This document shows, one piece after another, positions 1 to 11,240 of a stretch of 55,829 bases of DNA (positions are counted from its first letter, which is position 1; each line of letters opens with the position of its first letter). The notes below the pieces were generated by a model. The model saw only the letters and a list, made by a program, of their open reading frames with translations. It made no database searches and had not been told where the DNA came from. Origin of the DNA: Paramoeba atlantica (lineage: Eukaryota; Protista; Discosea); the NCBI GenBank assembly GCA_977017575.1, contig CDRNVI010000101.1, positions 1 through 55,829 of the forward strand, given 5' to 3'. The position numbers and the translations under genes were made by a program.

Positions 1-36
1 GACAATCGCAACGGGGGGAAAGAGAAAACGGGAACA

Positions 37-411
37 ATGGGAAGTAAAGGAAAAGATTCAGAGCCATCAGATATCATGAGTAAGGAGAAGAGAAGCAGAG
101 AAGGAGATGAAGAAGCAGGAAACGGTGAAAAGGATGGAGCAGAGAAGGGCATGAAGCAGGAAACGAAGCGTGCAAATCTCAAGACCGGAAAAGGGGGAGA
201 CAACAAGGACAAAACCGTTCGGAGACAGCTTGACCACATTCTGGTCAGTGAACGCTCTGCCTCCAGTAGTAGGCGGCATAAAGTACTTAAGGCGCCGGTG
301 CCTACGTTACACTGTGTTGTTATGGGCATGGAATCGAGCACGACGAATGGTTGTATAACTACCGCTCCTTGTCTTCCTGTTCATCCTCCTCCAACGAAAC
401 AACCTCGCTAG
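37..411 (+). pseudogene. Possible C-terminal fragment of an APE-type endonuclease (non-LTR retroelement remnant)
   Basis: RQLDHILVS...PTLHCVV loosely resembles the APE motifs xIDHILVS...SDHxxV; the rest of the ORF is low-complexity and charged. Weak call. Confidence 0.3.
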
Positions 412-495
412 GAATTTCTTCATGAATGCCACTCAGTTCTTGAGTGCTCATGTTGACAAAAAAAATGATCAGTACACATGTAAAAAAATCGGGTA

Positions 496-1794
496 GGGGG
501 GACCTTCGATGAGTACTCATCGAAGCGTTTTTGAGCGACTCTAATAGCGATTTTCGAGCTTTTTTTATTACTCACCGAAGCGTTTGCGGCAAACAAACTG
601 GAGCATTTGTGGAAAACAAATTCGCAACCCTGCGGAAGGGGTAGACACAGGTTCTCAGCTGCTGGAGCGCACGGGTCGCCAAAAAATATTATTATGTCCC
701 AGGGCTACGCTCACAGTTGGGCCTTGCTTGCAAACAGGGGCTTTTGCCTCCTGAAGTGGGCTACGCTCACAGTTGGGCCTTGCCTCTGGACAATCCTGCG
801 GAAGGGGTAGGTAGACGGGTTGGGGGTACGTTCGTTTAGTTCTCAACGAACGGAAATTTACGGTGGAAGTCACGGACTTTTGCATAAGTCAAGGACTTTT
901 GTGGAACACCCAAGAATTTTTTTTGATTTTCTTTTTCCGTGCGTTCAGTATCCTACACTTTGCTACATACGTTGACAACGCCTGCGTAGCGAAAACTACG
1001 AAATTCAGTGAGCTTCGCAAATTGCTTCCCACTAACGACACACAGGGGAATCCTACGCGGGGTACGGCTCAGGCCCGCTCACGCGGGCCCTCGCCGTTTC
1101 GCGGCCGCGCGCACCCCCGCTCACGCGGGGGCCCCCGCATGGCCAAAATGGGTACTAAAATTTGTTATCAAGGTAGTTGGGTTTCGCCAATTGCTTCCCA
1201 CGAATGGGTACTAAAATTTGTTATCAAGGTAGTTGGGGTTCGCAAATTGCTCCCCACGAATCTAGAGAGAAGCACACGTACAATAATCTTTCACGATAAG
1301 TTAAACGAAGTTTAAGTTAAGTTAACGAAGTTAACGAACAGTTGGGCCTTGCTCGCAAACGGGGGCTTTTGCCACCAGTAGTGGGCTTCGCTCACAGTTG
1401 GGCCTTGCTTGCAGGCGTGGGCTTCGCACACAGTTGGGCCTTTCTTCCTCCTCCCTCTAAGGACCTGCAGATTTTTTACGGTCACAGGGTACGTTCGTTG
1501 AGTGCTCAACGAAAATCCGGATTTTCGTTGAGAAATCAACGAACGTACCCCCAAGCAGGGGTAGACACAGGTTCTCAGTGCGCGACCCGCACGCTGGAGC
1601 GCACGGGTCGCCAAAAAATATTATTATGTCCCAGGGCTACGCTCACAGTTGGCCCTTCGCAAAAAATTGATAAAATACGAAAAATTGAAAAAGTCAAAAA
1701 CACCTTCGATGAGTACTCATCGAAAGTCTACAACTTTCCGTGAGACTCATCGAAAGTCTCCAACTTACGATGAGTACTCATCGAAGGTCCCCCC
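496..1794. mobile_element. Non-autonomous TIR element (MITE family A)
   Basis: Perfect 27-bp TIRs GGGGGGACCTTCGATGAGTACTCATCG (496-522 and reverse complement 1768-1794); TA at 494-495 and 1795-1796; internal direct repeats and palindromes; no transposase. Confidence 0.85.
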
Positions 1795-1820
1795 TAGCCA
1801 AAAAATCTCAATTAAAAAAA

Positions 1821-2000
1821 AACCAGGGTAATGGGGACGAGGGAGATACCAACAGTGTAGGTGCGGCAGTTTCCAAAGGAAAAACGGCATCTCTACATTT
1901 TTAGGCGCTTTTCTTCATGCCATAAGGGAGATACCGTTTTTCCTGTGGAAACTGCCGCACCTACGCTGTTGGTATCTCCCTCGTCCCCTTTACCCTGGTT
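1821..2000. repeat. Fold-back inverted repeat (~73-bp arms, ~33-bp loop)
   Basis: 1821-1893 (AACCAGGGTAATGGGGACGAGGGAGATACCAACAG...) is the near-perfect reverse complement of 1928-2000. Confidence 0.85.
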
Positions 2001-2464
2001 ACATGGTAAAACCATGTTCCCTAGGACTCCTTACAGCTTCCCACGCGAGGAAGTCGTCGTCGCTGCGGGAAAAAGGCAGAAGGCTCCGCCTTCTGCTTTT
2101 TGCCTTGCGCCTCCTCCTTGCTCTACGGTCTTGTGTATCCCAAACTTCAAGTTGAAAAAAAGCATACGTGGCAAATCGGGCTTTGCAAATCGCTTCCGAA
2201 GAAGGGTCTCGAGTCGTCAAAAAGGTGCGTTTTCCTTTCCTAAAACTATCTGTTTAAGGTGCTGCCTTTCGTTCTTTGCGAAAAAAACTTTTTTCCAGAA
2301 ATTATTTTTTTCGGGCCAAATTTCGGGCCAATTTTTATTAATACTGGGCGGCGAGGGTGTAGTATCTCTCTCAATAAAAGAAAAAAATATAGAAAGGGGC
2401 CCCAAATTGGAGAAGAAAATATAGAAAGGGTGGTCCAAAATTGAAAAAAAAGATTGAAAAAAAT

Positions 2465-2665
2465 GGGGGGTCCAGGGGGGGGTGCAGGGGGGGGTGTCCA
2501 GGGGGGGGTCCAGGGGGGGGTCCAGGGGGGGGTCCAGGGGGGGTCCAGGGGGGGGTCCAGGGGGGGTCCAGGGGGGTCCAGGGGGGAGTCCAGGGGGGGT
2601 CCAGGGGGGTCCAGGGGGGGTCCAGGGGGGGTCCAGGGGGGTCCAGGGGGGTCCAGGGGTGGGGG
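2465..2665 (+). repeat. G-rich minisatellite (G5-8 TCCA) x ~17
   Basis: About 17 GnTCCA units read directly from the sequence. Confidence 0.95.
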
Positions 2666-3086
2666 CATACGTCATTTTTTTGAAATTTTCAAAATTTTGA
2701 TTTTCGAAATCGAGCGCGGGGAAGTGGTAGAGTAGGCCGCGGCGATGACTCCCCATCCCTTCACCTGGGGGTACGCCCCCTGGTACGCGCAGGAGGGGTC
2801 CGACAAGGTCAAAAATTCCTAAAAAATTTTGGGATGACAAAAAAAAAGTTTTTTGGCCCAAAAAGAAGTAAAAATACTACTTTTCCAAAATCGACGCCTA
2901 AACCGTATTTGGAGAGTTTTGGGACCTCAGCTACCATTCTACGACGTTTTTGTCGTCAGATTCGCCTCCTACCCCTATTCGTAAGGCATCAAAACCAGCT
3001 CAAAACTGAGTAAAAAGTTCGCAATTTTTGCCGAAAAATCGAGCATTTTCCCCCAAAAAAGTAGATTATTCATGATCATTTGGAGA

Positions 3087-3192
3087 TTTTTCTTTTTTAG
3101 ACTCTTCGTTAAACGAGGTGGTAGTTTTCAACGCGAAGCGCACAGCATGAGTGACTTCTAAGTTGAAAACAACCACCGCGTTTAACGAAGAT
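3087..3192. repeat. Short hairpin element, copy 1
   Basis: Inverted arms ...CTCTTCGTTAAACG...GTTTTCAAC / GTTGAAAAC...CGTTTAACGAAG; near-identical to 45872-45992. Confidence 0.8.
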
Positions 3193-3204
3193 CCTATTGT
3201 AATA

Positions 3205-3385
3205 CTAATGGGAGGGGGGGTTAAGTTTCATTTTATGATTTTTTTTGGAAAAAAGTATTTTACCTATTTTTAGAAAGTGACAGATAACTCGGGGGGGTAG
3301 TCGACGAAAAAAAAGAATCGAAGTCCCAAAAAGTGACAGATAACTAGGGGGGGGTGACGTGTGACAGATAAATAAGGGGGTACAG
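3205..3385. mobile_element. MITE end (family C) with GTGACAGATAA subrepeats
   Basis: Ends GGGGGTACAG followed by TA (3386-3387); three GTGACAGATAA copies; homologous to 6914-7015. Confidence 0.6.
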
Positions 3386-3614
3386 TAATTATGTTCACAT
3401 GGAGATCCCTGTTGAAGATACCGAAGTCGATCGAACAATGCAATGTCTCAATAGTACTTTCTTTCTTCCTCTGTTAAAGGATGCTTCTCGTGCTTCCGAT
3501 ATCGATATCTGTAACGTCTATCGTGCTGATCTTCATCTCTCTTGGTGACGAATTTTCTAAGGCATACGATCGGTCTGACCTAAACACTGAATACATACAT
3601 ACGTACATAAAATT

Positions 3615-4846
3615 ATGGCCGAAGCACCATGTACGTTGATTGACGCTATATTACACTTTGTATCTATGGCAACGGAAGTCGATTATACTTCCGACAGTCT
3701 TCTTGAACTACTCGGTCAACATGTCTCCCAGTTTTCTCAGGCGTACAAATTTACACCCCCCGCCGAAAAGTATTGTTCACAAAAATGGCGGACACAAAAA
3801 GTATTGTATTTATTAGTATCGACTATTTTTTTGAGTTTTGACCTGAATTCTAGTTGTTTTTCTCAAATTTTCAGGAAATTAGCATAATGAGTTCTGATAT
3901 ACGCGGCCACTTGATCATCTCGAGGGAAGCTGAGTGATTTCTCTCCTATTTTTATGCTTTATTATACGTTTACACAGATCCGATATGATAAAGTCCAACT
4001 TTTTGGAGGCCAGTGGCAACTCGTGGAAATCGCCAAAAAGTATTGTATTTATTAGTATCGACCAAAAACTCGTGGTCGATACTAATAAACTACAATACTT
4101 TTTGGCGGGGGTGTATGCTTGACGTGAGCATTCTTCCAGACATTTTGCACATTTCCACGTTTCTAGAAATTACCGACATTACAATGTCGTTTCACTATCG
4201 AAATTTTATACTTTTCGCACTTCGCGTAATGGCTTCAGTACTCGGTGTTCCTACTGTTGTGTACAGGCCGCACGTCAAACTCATTGACATCATTCCCCCT
4301 TTTCTAGTTGTCGACACTTTTCCCGTTACAGAACTCCATCTTTTCACGTTTATTGCGAACGGCGTCAGCAACTTGATACCAGCTACTTTTCGGAGTGAAA
4401 TAAAGCTCCTTGCTCCTCAGCCCTTAAGCTCAATTCAGAATACAACGCCCGCAGAAAAATTCTTGGTCACTAGTGATGCACCCGAGCCCCAAAGGTTTGG
4501 AATAGAAGAAGGCCGAGCTCTGGCCACTACGTACAAATGTGCCGCAGATTTATATCCGCGTAGAGCCCGTAGAGCGCATCACGTTTTAGCACCCTCGTGC
4601 ACAGAGAAGATTAACCCGTCGGGGTTAGTTAGAGATAACTGGCCCAATGATGAGTATGAGGCATTTCTATCGAAGGTGCATCGTTGTCTAGAAACAGTGA
4701 CGAAGAAAACTTCTGATGGGATCGTAGCGCAGTGTAATATTTCGCGCTGCACAAATGGAAACGTTATGGAAAGATATCCGAGCTGCCAATCCCACTTTCA
4801 CTTCGCGCACAGCTGCCCGTGGGGAATGGGGAAGTTTTCAAAATAG
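3615..4846 (+). pseudogene. Hypothetical ORF (289 aa when reconstructed) interrupted by a MITE
   Basis: Removing 3754-4113 plus one TA joins ...QAYKF to MLDVSILPD... in frame (870 nt). Confidence 0.45.
3754..4113. mobile_element. 360-bp MITE (family D)
   Basis: TIR CACCCCC(C)GCC(G/A)AAAAGTATTGT at both ends; TA at 3752-3753 and 4114-4115; internal 17-bp hairpin. Confidence 0.85.
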
Positions 4847-5297
4847 TTAAGAAGTCAAAAAAATGACATCGCTATTTAGATCCTAATGAAGCCCCTTCAT
4901 ATAAAAACCTAATGAGTTCCTCTGAGCGCGCTGGTGAGCAGAAGAAGCTCGAGCGCTTGCAATGATAAAAAAGTTATTTTTTAAGTCTGATACCGTATTT
5001 GTCTGCTTTAGATTTTATTCGTATATTGGGTTTATTATTCATACAGATATTATCTTCTGTGAATACGAGCTTAAAGGAGTTTAGTTTACCTCTCGAGTTT
5101 TTTTATGCTGATTCCTTCGCCAAACATACGACAAAATTCGAGATCTATCGAATGCCGAAGGAATTAGGTAAAACGAACCCAAAAGTTAAGGGGGGAATGT
5201 TATCTTTTAAGGGGTGTATCATCCGCAACTCCTTACATGAATTCTCTTTCATAATTCATTACTATCGTGCATGCAAAATTCTTTTATGCGACGCCTC

Positions 5298-6061
5298 TCA
5301 ATCAAGAAAGCACAAACGAATATTCGTGTTCGCGGCGATCTTTCGTACTGCATGACCCTTTTGTAGAACAGACGGAAGTTTCTTCAATTCTAACGTACCT
5401 TCCAGAAGATTATTATTCGCCAAAAAAAAGGTCGTTAAGAGTTGCAGGAAGACATGATAAGTCTACGAGTCCTTGAAACTCATTCGCGTTCATATAAACT
5501 TTATATGAGCCAAAAAAATATTCTTTATAAGCCGCATAAAGTGCTCGGGAGTGACTGCAAATTGATTTTTCCTGTTAAATAATTCTCACTGATGTCGAGA
5601 TAATTCAAATACATAGGTAACTGCGTAAGGCATATTTCGCCGGAAAATTCGTTGCTATCCATCCATGCGCCATACAAATTCACAGGCAGAGCTGTGAGGT
5701 CTGGATTTCCTCTAAATGCATTCCCACGAATGAGCCAATGAGTGAGATCCATGAGAGGAGATAAATCGCTCAGAAATATTTCCCCTGATAACAAATTGTT
5801 GTGAATTTCCAAGCGAGTGATAGAGATTGGGATGTATGCAAAGTTGAAGGCCCTCCAAATATCGACAGAACCATTTTATTTTTGTAATTATCTGCTCTGA
5901 ATTGCACTCTATGCCATTCCATTTACAAGGCGCGATATCGGAACTCCAACTCTCATGTCGCGGATGTACGTCAATAATGAGGCGCTCAATGTCCATTTCT
6001 TGTGGTAAACGTTCACCACGAATTTTGGCGTTGTTTTAGGGCATGGATTCGGGCAATCCAT
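5298..6061 (-). pseudogene. LRR family pseudogene
   Basis: Frameshifted pieces give KIRGERLPQEMDIERL...CKWNGIEC...GNPDLTALP...LANNNLLEG, homologous to 11597-12325; several frameshifts and a ~30-bp insertion near 5500-5530. Confidence 0.8.
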
Positions 6062-6394
6062 TTTCTCGTTGCGTAAAAAATATGGCAAAAACAAAATCAA
6101 ATCCTAATAATTGATATAGCTTCAATGTATTATTCGTAATTTTGTTCGACTACCAATAGAGGAAAGTTTTGCTGTTCAAAGAATGTGTGTATATCGCCCC
6201 TCTTGTTCAACCTAAAGAGAAGCTCCTTATAGAGGGCCTATCTTGAAGATCATTATTATCATACTGTCCCCCCCCACTTAAGCGCAACCAGGTTTTGGCC
6301 TAAAATTGCGCATAAGTAGCCGGGTCAAAAAAAAGGGCGGCGCGTGCTTCAATCATGAGTTACGCGGGGTGCCCTGGGGGCTGCTTTTTATATA

Positions 6395-6911
6395 CTATCC
6401 CCCCTATCCTAGCGTGGCTGGGTTGGGATGAAATGCAACGCTAGGAGGGGGGGCAAAAACTGGGGACGAAGAATTGCTAAGCCGAAGATGTTGTGGGATT
6501 ACTGAGGAACATTTTCAAAAAAATCGCTGTTCACGGTACATTTTTACCATAGCTTCGCGGCAAGAGACAGTCTAAAAAGCAACACTGGCCCCCTGGGTGC
6601 CATGGGGGGGGCTGCTTTTAATATACTATCTCCACTATCCTAGCGTGGCTTTGTCGGGATGAAATGCAACCCTAGGAGGGGGGGCAAAAACTGGGGACGA
6701 AGAATTGCTAAGTCGAAGATGTTGTGGGATTACTGAGGAACATTTTCAAAAAAATCGCTGTTCAGGGTAGGTTTTTACCATAGCTTCACGGCAAGAGACA
6801 CAAAAAGCAACACTAAAGCAACAGACACAAAAGCAACAGACACAAAAGCAACTGGCACAAAAGCAACACTAATGGGGGGCTACCGAGGCAACGCTAGGAT
6901 AGGGGGGATAG
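6395..6911. mobile_element. Nested MITE (family B) with internal ~230-bp tandem duplication
   Basis: Perfect 21-bp TIR CTATCCCCCCTATCCTAGCGT; TA at 6393-6394 and 6912-6913. Confidence 0.85.
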
Positions 6912-6913
6912 TA

Positions 6914-7015
6914 CTGTACCCCCCCTAGTTATCTGTCACAACTTTTCGTGGAAAGGTGACAGATAACTAGGGGGGGGTAAGTTTCGTTTTAAGATTTTTT
7001 TTGGAAAGCAATAGC
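6914..7015. mobile_element. MITE family C left end abutting family B at a shared TA
   Basis: CTGTACCCCCCCTAGTTATCTGTCAC is the reverse-complement counterpart of the end at 3360-3385. Confidence 0.6.
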
Positions 7016-7344
7016 TAAGACAAAAGCGTACAGTACGTGGCAGGAGCGTTCCTCTGATGTACAGTACAGTATAGTATGCAAAGACTCGCCGTACAGATCG
7101 GTGGAGGTCAGTGTGGATCAGAGGAGATCGCTGGAGATGAAGATCATTTTTGAACGTCCAAAGGGACTACCTGCAGACTTTCCATTTCAATAGCGGCGAA
7201 AATTGGTACAAAAATTCGTACCACGAAAAAAAACGCGCCGCTTTGCGGCGCTGTTCTTCTGAACGATGCGTCAATATTGCGCTTAAGTGGCCGGGTCAAA
7301 CGGTTGCGCATAAGTAGGGGGGGACAGTAAGTATCCAAGATAAC

Positions 7345-8016
7345 TTATCCCTCCATTAGAGGAACAACTTCCTTCTTCGTATTTTGCTCTATTAAGGAAT
7401 TACCACTGAGATTAATTTTATTCAAGTGGATCGGAAGCATCGACAAATCAACGAGACCGCACAGTTTATTATTATGTAAGTACAATATACGCAGTTGGGT
7501 CGGGAGTGACCGCAAGTCAAGACTTCCTGCTAATAAATTGTCACTGAGATCAAGATACCACAGGGTAGGGGGCAACTGTGTGAGGCATATCTCTCCTGAA
7601 AGTTTGTTTCCTTCCATCCACAACGAAACCAATCTCTTAGGCAAAGCCGTAAAATCCGGATTTCCGGTAAATTCATTTTTACCCATAATTAAATCATTAA
7701 GGTGAGTAATGGAAGATAACTCACAAAGCTTTACCTCCCCTTTTATCGTATTTTCCTCAATATCAAAGCCTTTAACCGTTTCAGGAACAAACACAAAATT
7801 TAATGACCCCATCAGCTTCATACGGCTCCATCGTATTTCTGAAACGTTTTCATCCGGGTTGCACATGATGCCTTGCCATTTACATGCGGGTGTCTGTGAA
7901 CTCCAAGTGCGGTGTCGTGTGATTATATCACGAGTGAGACGCTCCAGATCCATTTCTTGCGGTACTTTTAGACCACGTACCTTTGCAAGACGCGTCTTAC
8001 GTGCCGGATACTCCAT
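7345..8016 (-). CDS. Short LRR protein with plant-type LRRNT cap
   Basis: MEYPARK... ATG at 8016; W..CKWQGIMC cap; repeats LxxLxLxxNxLxGxxDLxxLP. A possible hydrophobic upstream extension runs to 8091. Confidence 0.85.
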   Translation of the reverse strand: MEYPARKTRLAKVRGLKVPQEMDLERLTRDIITRHRTWSSQTPACKWQGIMCNPDENVSEIRWSRMKLMGSLNFVFVPETVKGFDIEENTIKGEVKLCELSSITHLNDLIMGKNEFTGNPDFTALPKRLVSLWMEGNKLSGEICLTQLPPTLWYLDLSDNLLAGSLDLRSLPTQLRILYLHNNKLCGLVDLSMLPIHLNKINLSGNSLIEQNTKKEVVPLMEG

Positions 8017-8399
8017 TGTGTGGCAGAAACAATCTATGGAATGTAAAAAGAGTAAGAAAATCAAATAAAAAAACGAAAGCTCACACCACATGTGTTTTTG
8101 TTGAATGTATTACAAACGGTGTGCTTCCAACGACAAACGGACAAAGTAGTTTACTGGTGAATAGAAGAGCGCGACAAGGGAATGCCGCTTTCAAAGATGG
8201 TGCAATTGTAAATTTGCACATTTCCTCCACAAGTTTACACATTTAACGGAGAGAGAATAAACCGAGTTTCGGTTTTAAAAGTTTAAAAAAGTTATATTTA
8301 ACGGAGTATGTATAATTTGTACTCCATTAAATACAGTTTGAAATATAGTTTGAAAAGCCCCACAATCATGCTAGCCTCGACGATGCCATTAAAAATGGC

Positions 8400-8762
8400 T
8401 TATCAGATTCTAAAACGTCCCCAAGCAAAACGTAAAGTGTGCACCACAATTGATTCAGTCCCACATAGACTTCAAAAAGTGTTGCAAAACAATAGGCGCC
8501 ATTTCGGATGCTAGTTCTTTGCCTTCAGAGTTAACCTTTGACGAATTCCTTTTTTTGGTCCATTTTATATAGGTAAAAAAATTGCTGTTTTTTGATTTTG
8601 GTCAACTTTCGGGCCGCCCAGGGGGCACGAGGGGATCTATATGAAAAAGAGGCGACAAAGCTCTTCGCTAGGGGAATGAGATCTCTCCAACGCTGCAAAA
8701 CTGAGAAAAAAACGGAGAAAAAAAAATCCGCGGAGGGGGAGCAAGATCAGCGGAAACCACTG
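8400..8762 (+). mobile_element. Tc1-like remnant: transposase C-terminus plus right TIR
   Basis: IDSVPHRLQKVLQNNRRHF resembles a Tc1 C-terminus; ends AAACCACTG then TA; homologous to 19900-20378. Confidence 0.65.
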
Positions 8763-9066
8763 TATAATACTGTACCCCCTGTGTAGGCGAATCTCACTCT
8801 GATTCGTCTTCTTTTCGTAAATGTAAGTTTCGCTTCTTTTCTCGGAAGTCGTTCACTCGGTCCGTTCATGGTTGAAACGGGCAGTGAAGGACGAAATGCA
8901 CGAACTACGCTTACAAGCTTAAAAACGTTTTACAAAACTTCTTTCACAAAAAGACAGCCATTCCATATTAAGCTCTCACTTCCATAGGCCTCCCTATGAG
9001 ATGTTTGAAATCTTTTCAAATGCGGAGAACATTCTTTCCTTTAGCGTACAACGTTCATCATACACG

Positions 9067-9693
9067 TTACATCAGTCTGCAATATTTCGATTCCACGATG
9101 CCCGTGTTATGATAAAAAAAGCCTTTCCCTAATCCAACTGGAAGGGCTTCACGATGAAAGCGTCCGACAAGCTTATGATTTCCTAAAATAGAAAAATAAG
9201 AAAGTTCACTAGGGAGTGAAGAGAGGCACACATTCCCCTCGAATTGGTTACAACTTAAGTCGAGGCGAACTATCGTACTTGGTAATTTGCCGAGACTTAA
9301 CTTACCCGTGAGCTGATTGTAATCTACCAGAAAAACAATTAACGTTGGTGGCAGATCTTGCAATGGGAGAAAACCTGTCAACGCATTTTCGGACAAGTAA
9401 ATAGTCTCCAGAGTCTGCGGTAGGTGAACCCATTTGGGCGGACCTCTTAGGCTCAAACCTTTCCATGACAGTGAAGTCACTTCTCCATCGGTGTTACAAT
9501 CCACTCCTCCCCATAAACATGCCGATTTTTCGATACTCCATGATCCCAGGGCGTTCTGAACTTCCTGCAGGAAACGGGTTAGAAGGCATTCTGGTGGCAG
9601 CCCTGCGGCACGTACTCTTCCCAAACGACAACCAGAGTGAGGAGTGTCAGCTGTCAAAATGAAAATTGAATCGTTCATAAGAAACATTACCAT
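9067..9693 (-). CDS. Short LRR protein
   Basis: ACLWGGVDC cap; LPQTLETIYLSENALTG-type repeats; intact 208-aa ORF. Confidence 0.85.
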   Translation of the reverse strand: MVMFLMNDSIFILTADTPHSGCRLGRVRAAGLPPECLLTRFLQEVQNALGSWSIEKSACLWGGVDCNTDGEVTSLSWKGLSLRGPPKWVHLPQTLETIYLSENALTGFLPLQDLPPTLIVFLVDYNQLTGKLSLGKLPSTIVRLDLSCNQFEGNVCLSSLPSELSYFSILGNHKLVGRFHREALPVGLGKGFFYHNTGIVESKYCRLM

Positions 9694-9847
9694 TTTCTGA
9701 TTCAGAAAATAAAGAGTTCAGCTTTCTGGAAGAGTCCTTTCTGAAGAGATATTTCATTGTATTACATGCACTGATACTACACGTAGGGACTGCATGTAAG
9801 GCGCTGCGGAAATAGTACAACAAAGTAAAACTATTCATAAGTAAGTA

Positions 9848-11209
9848 TAAACCCCTGGCCAAAATAAGGCACCCCCCTCTAAAAATTCGATGCTTTGTTT
9901 GTTTGAGCTAATTTCAATGGCATTTTGCAGATCTCAATTCGGGATTTATGTCCTCCCACACTTGGTCACTAGTCCTATAGCTATATATAAAGTGGAAACT
10001 ATTTACCACTTTTTTACCTTTTCGCCACCTAGTTCGACGCAGGCCTTCAGTCTACGATCGAAACTTAAGATGGTATCATTTATCATCTCAGTCGGTAAAG
10101 AACTCCATGTGTTTAGAATACACCTTTGCAGTTCGGAAACTGTAGATGGTAGCTTTTCATTTACGTCTTGTTGTACCATTGACCATATGTTTTCAATGGG
10201 AGAAAGATCGGGAGAATTTGGGGGCCAATTTTTTAGTAGATTAATTTTTCGTTTGTTCAGGTAATTTATGGTGGCCTTGGCCGTATGAGCGGTGGCACCA
10301 TCTTGTTGAAATATTCTTTTGCGGGGGAAATAAACATTTAGTGTGACACTAAAACAGTTTTAGTGTGTCTATGTATGTTTCGTGGGTAATAGAGGTCCTG
10401 CTGGATAAAATTTTTAAGCATCTCCAGTTAATTCCTATAGCACCCCACACCTGACACTTAGGCGCCCAGCGCACCTTTAGTCTCTTTGCAGGGGTCTCTC
10501 CTTTTTTTACCCACATTTTCATTCGATTATCGTTTGTATCAAACACCTTCTCATCTGAGAATATCAATTTCGATGTGTCCTCTTTGTAATTTAAAGAAAA
10601 TTGTACGCGTTTTTCTTTTTGTACAGCGGTGAGCCCTTGTGAAATTGGGCGTGGCCTATATTGATGCCCTGCTTGCCTCAAATCTCGACGAACAGTTCGA
10701 GGGCTTGCAGTAACACCCTTTCTGCACAAAACAACAGAAATACGCTTTGAACTGTTGTACTTTGGCACCCCTGCCGGATCTTTCTTAGAAATAATGGTTT
10801 CAATCCCTTTTTTACGAGACTTTATTTTTTTTTCTGTGAGGATTTCTTTAGGCTTTTTTTCGTCTCAATTTTGGGGTGATCACGGAGGCATTTTCGAATG
10901 TATTTCACGCTTACATTCAATTCACGTGCTATTCGTTTCTTTGGGATGCCATCTTGAAACCTTAAAAGCATGAGTTCCTTCCCCAGGGGGCTGAGGCCAC
11001 CTTTCGGAGGCCTGCGGAATGATTTTTTCATAAATCGACCCTAATGTTAAAGTGGTAAAATATTTTTTTATTTTTTTATTTTTCATGAGCTAAAAACAGC
11101 GGGAACGTACAGATCTCAAAATTTTGAACGAAAACATGGTATGATAACCCTACCATACCCCCTCATGCAAAAAATAAGGGGGGGTGCCTTATTGGTGGCC
11201 AGGGGTTTA
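9848..11209 (-). mobile_element. Tc1/IS630-like DNA transposon (1362 bp)
   Basis: TIR TAAACCCCTGGCCA..AATAAGGCACCCCCC; TA at 9846-9847 and 11210-11211; encloses a transposase. Confidence 0.9.
10003..11031 (-). pseudogene. Tc1-like transposase, disrupted
   Basis: HTH region, IFSDEK, VWGAIG, FQQDGATAH, WPPNSPDLSPIENIW; frameshift in an A-run near 10825 and a stop/frameshift near 10330-10350. Confidence 0.9.
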
Positions 11210-11240
11210 TAATAAGTAAAAATATATATTTAATAACCTA

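Larger units (their letters stand above)
6264..7327. mobile_element. Composite MITE (family E) containing nested elements
   Basis: TIR CTGTCCCCCCC(C/T)ACTTA(A/T)GCGCAACC; TA at 6262-6263 and 7328-7329. Confidence 0.7.

Noticed and set aside
2465-2665. Telomeric repeat, or Gly/Pro-rich proteins from the six overlapping ORFs
   Set aside because: The unit is not TTAGGG-like and has variable G-run length; the ORFs are open only because the repeat lacks stops.
3754-4113. MITE acting as a spliceosomal intron
   Set aside because: There are no GT-AG ends on the coding strand, and the TIRs and TA duplication point to a DNA-transposon insertion.
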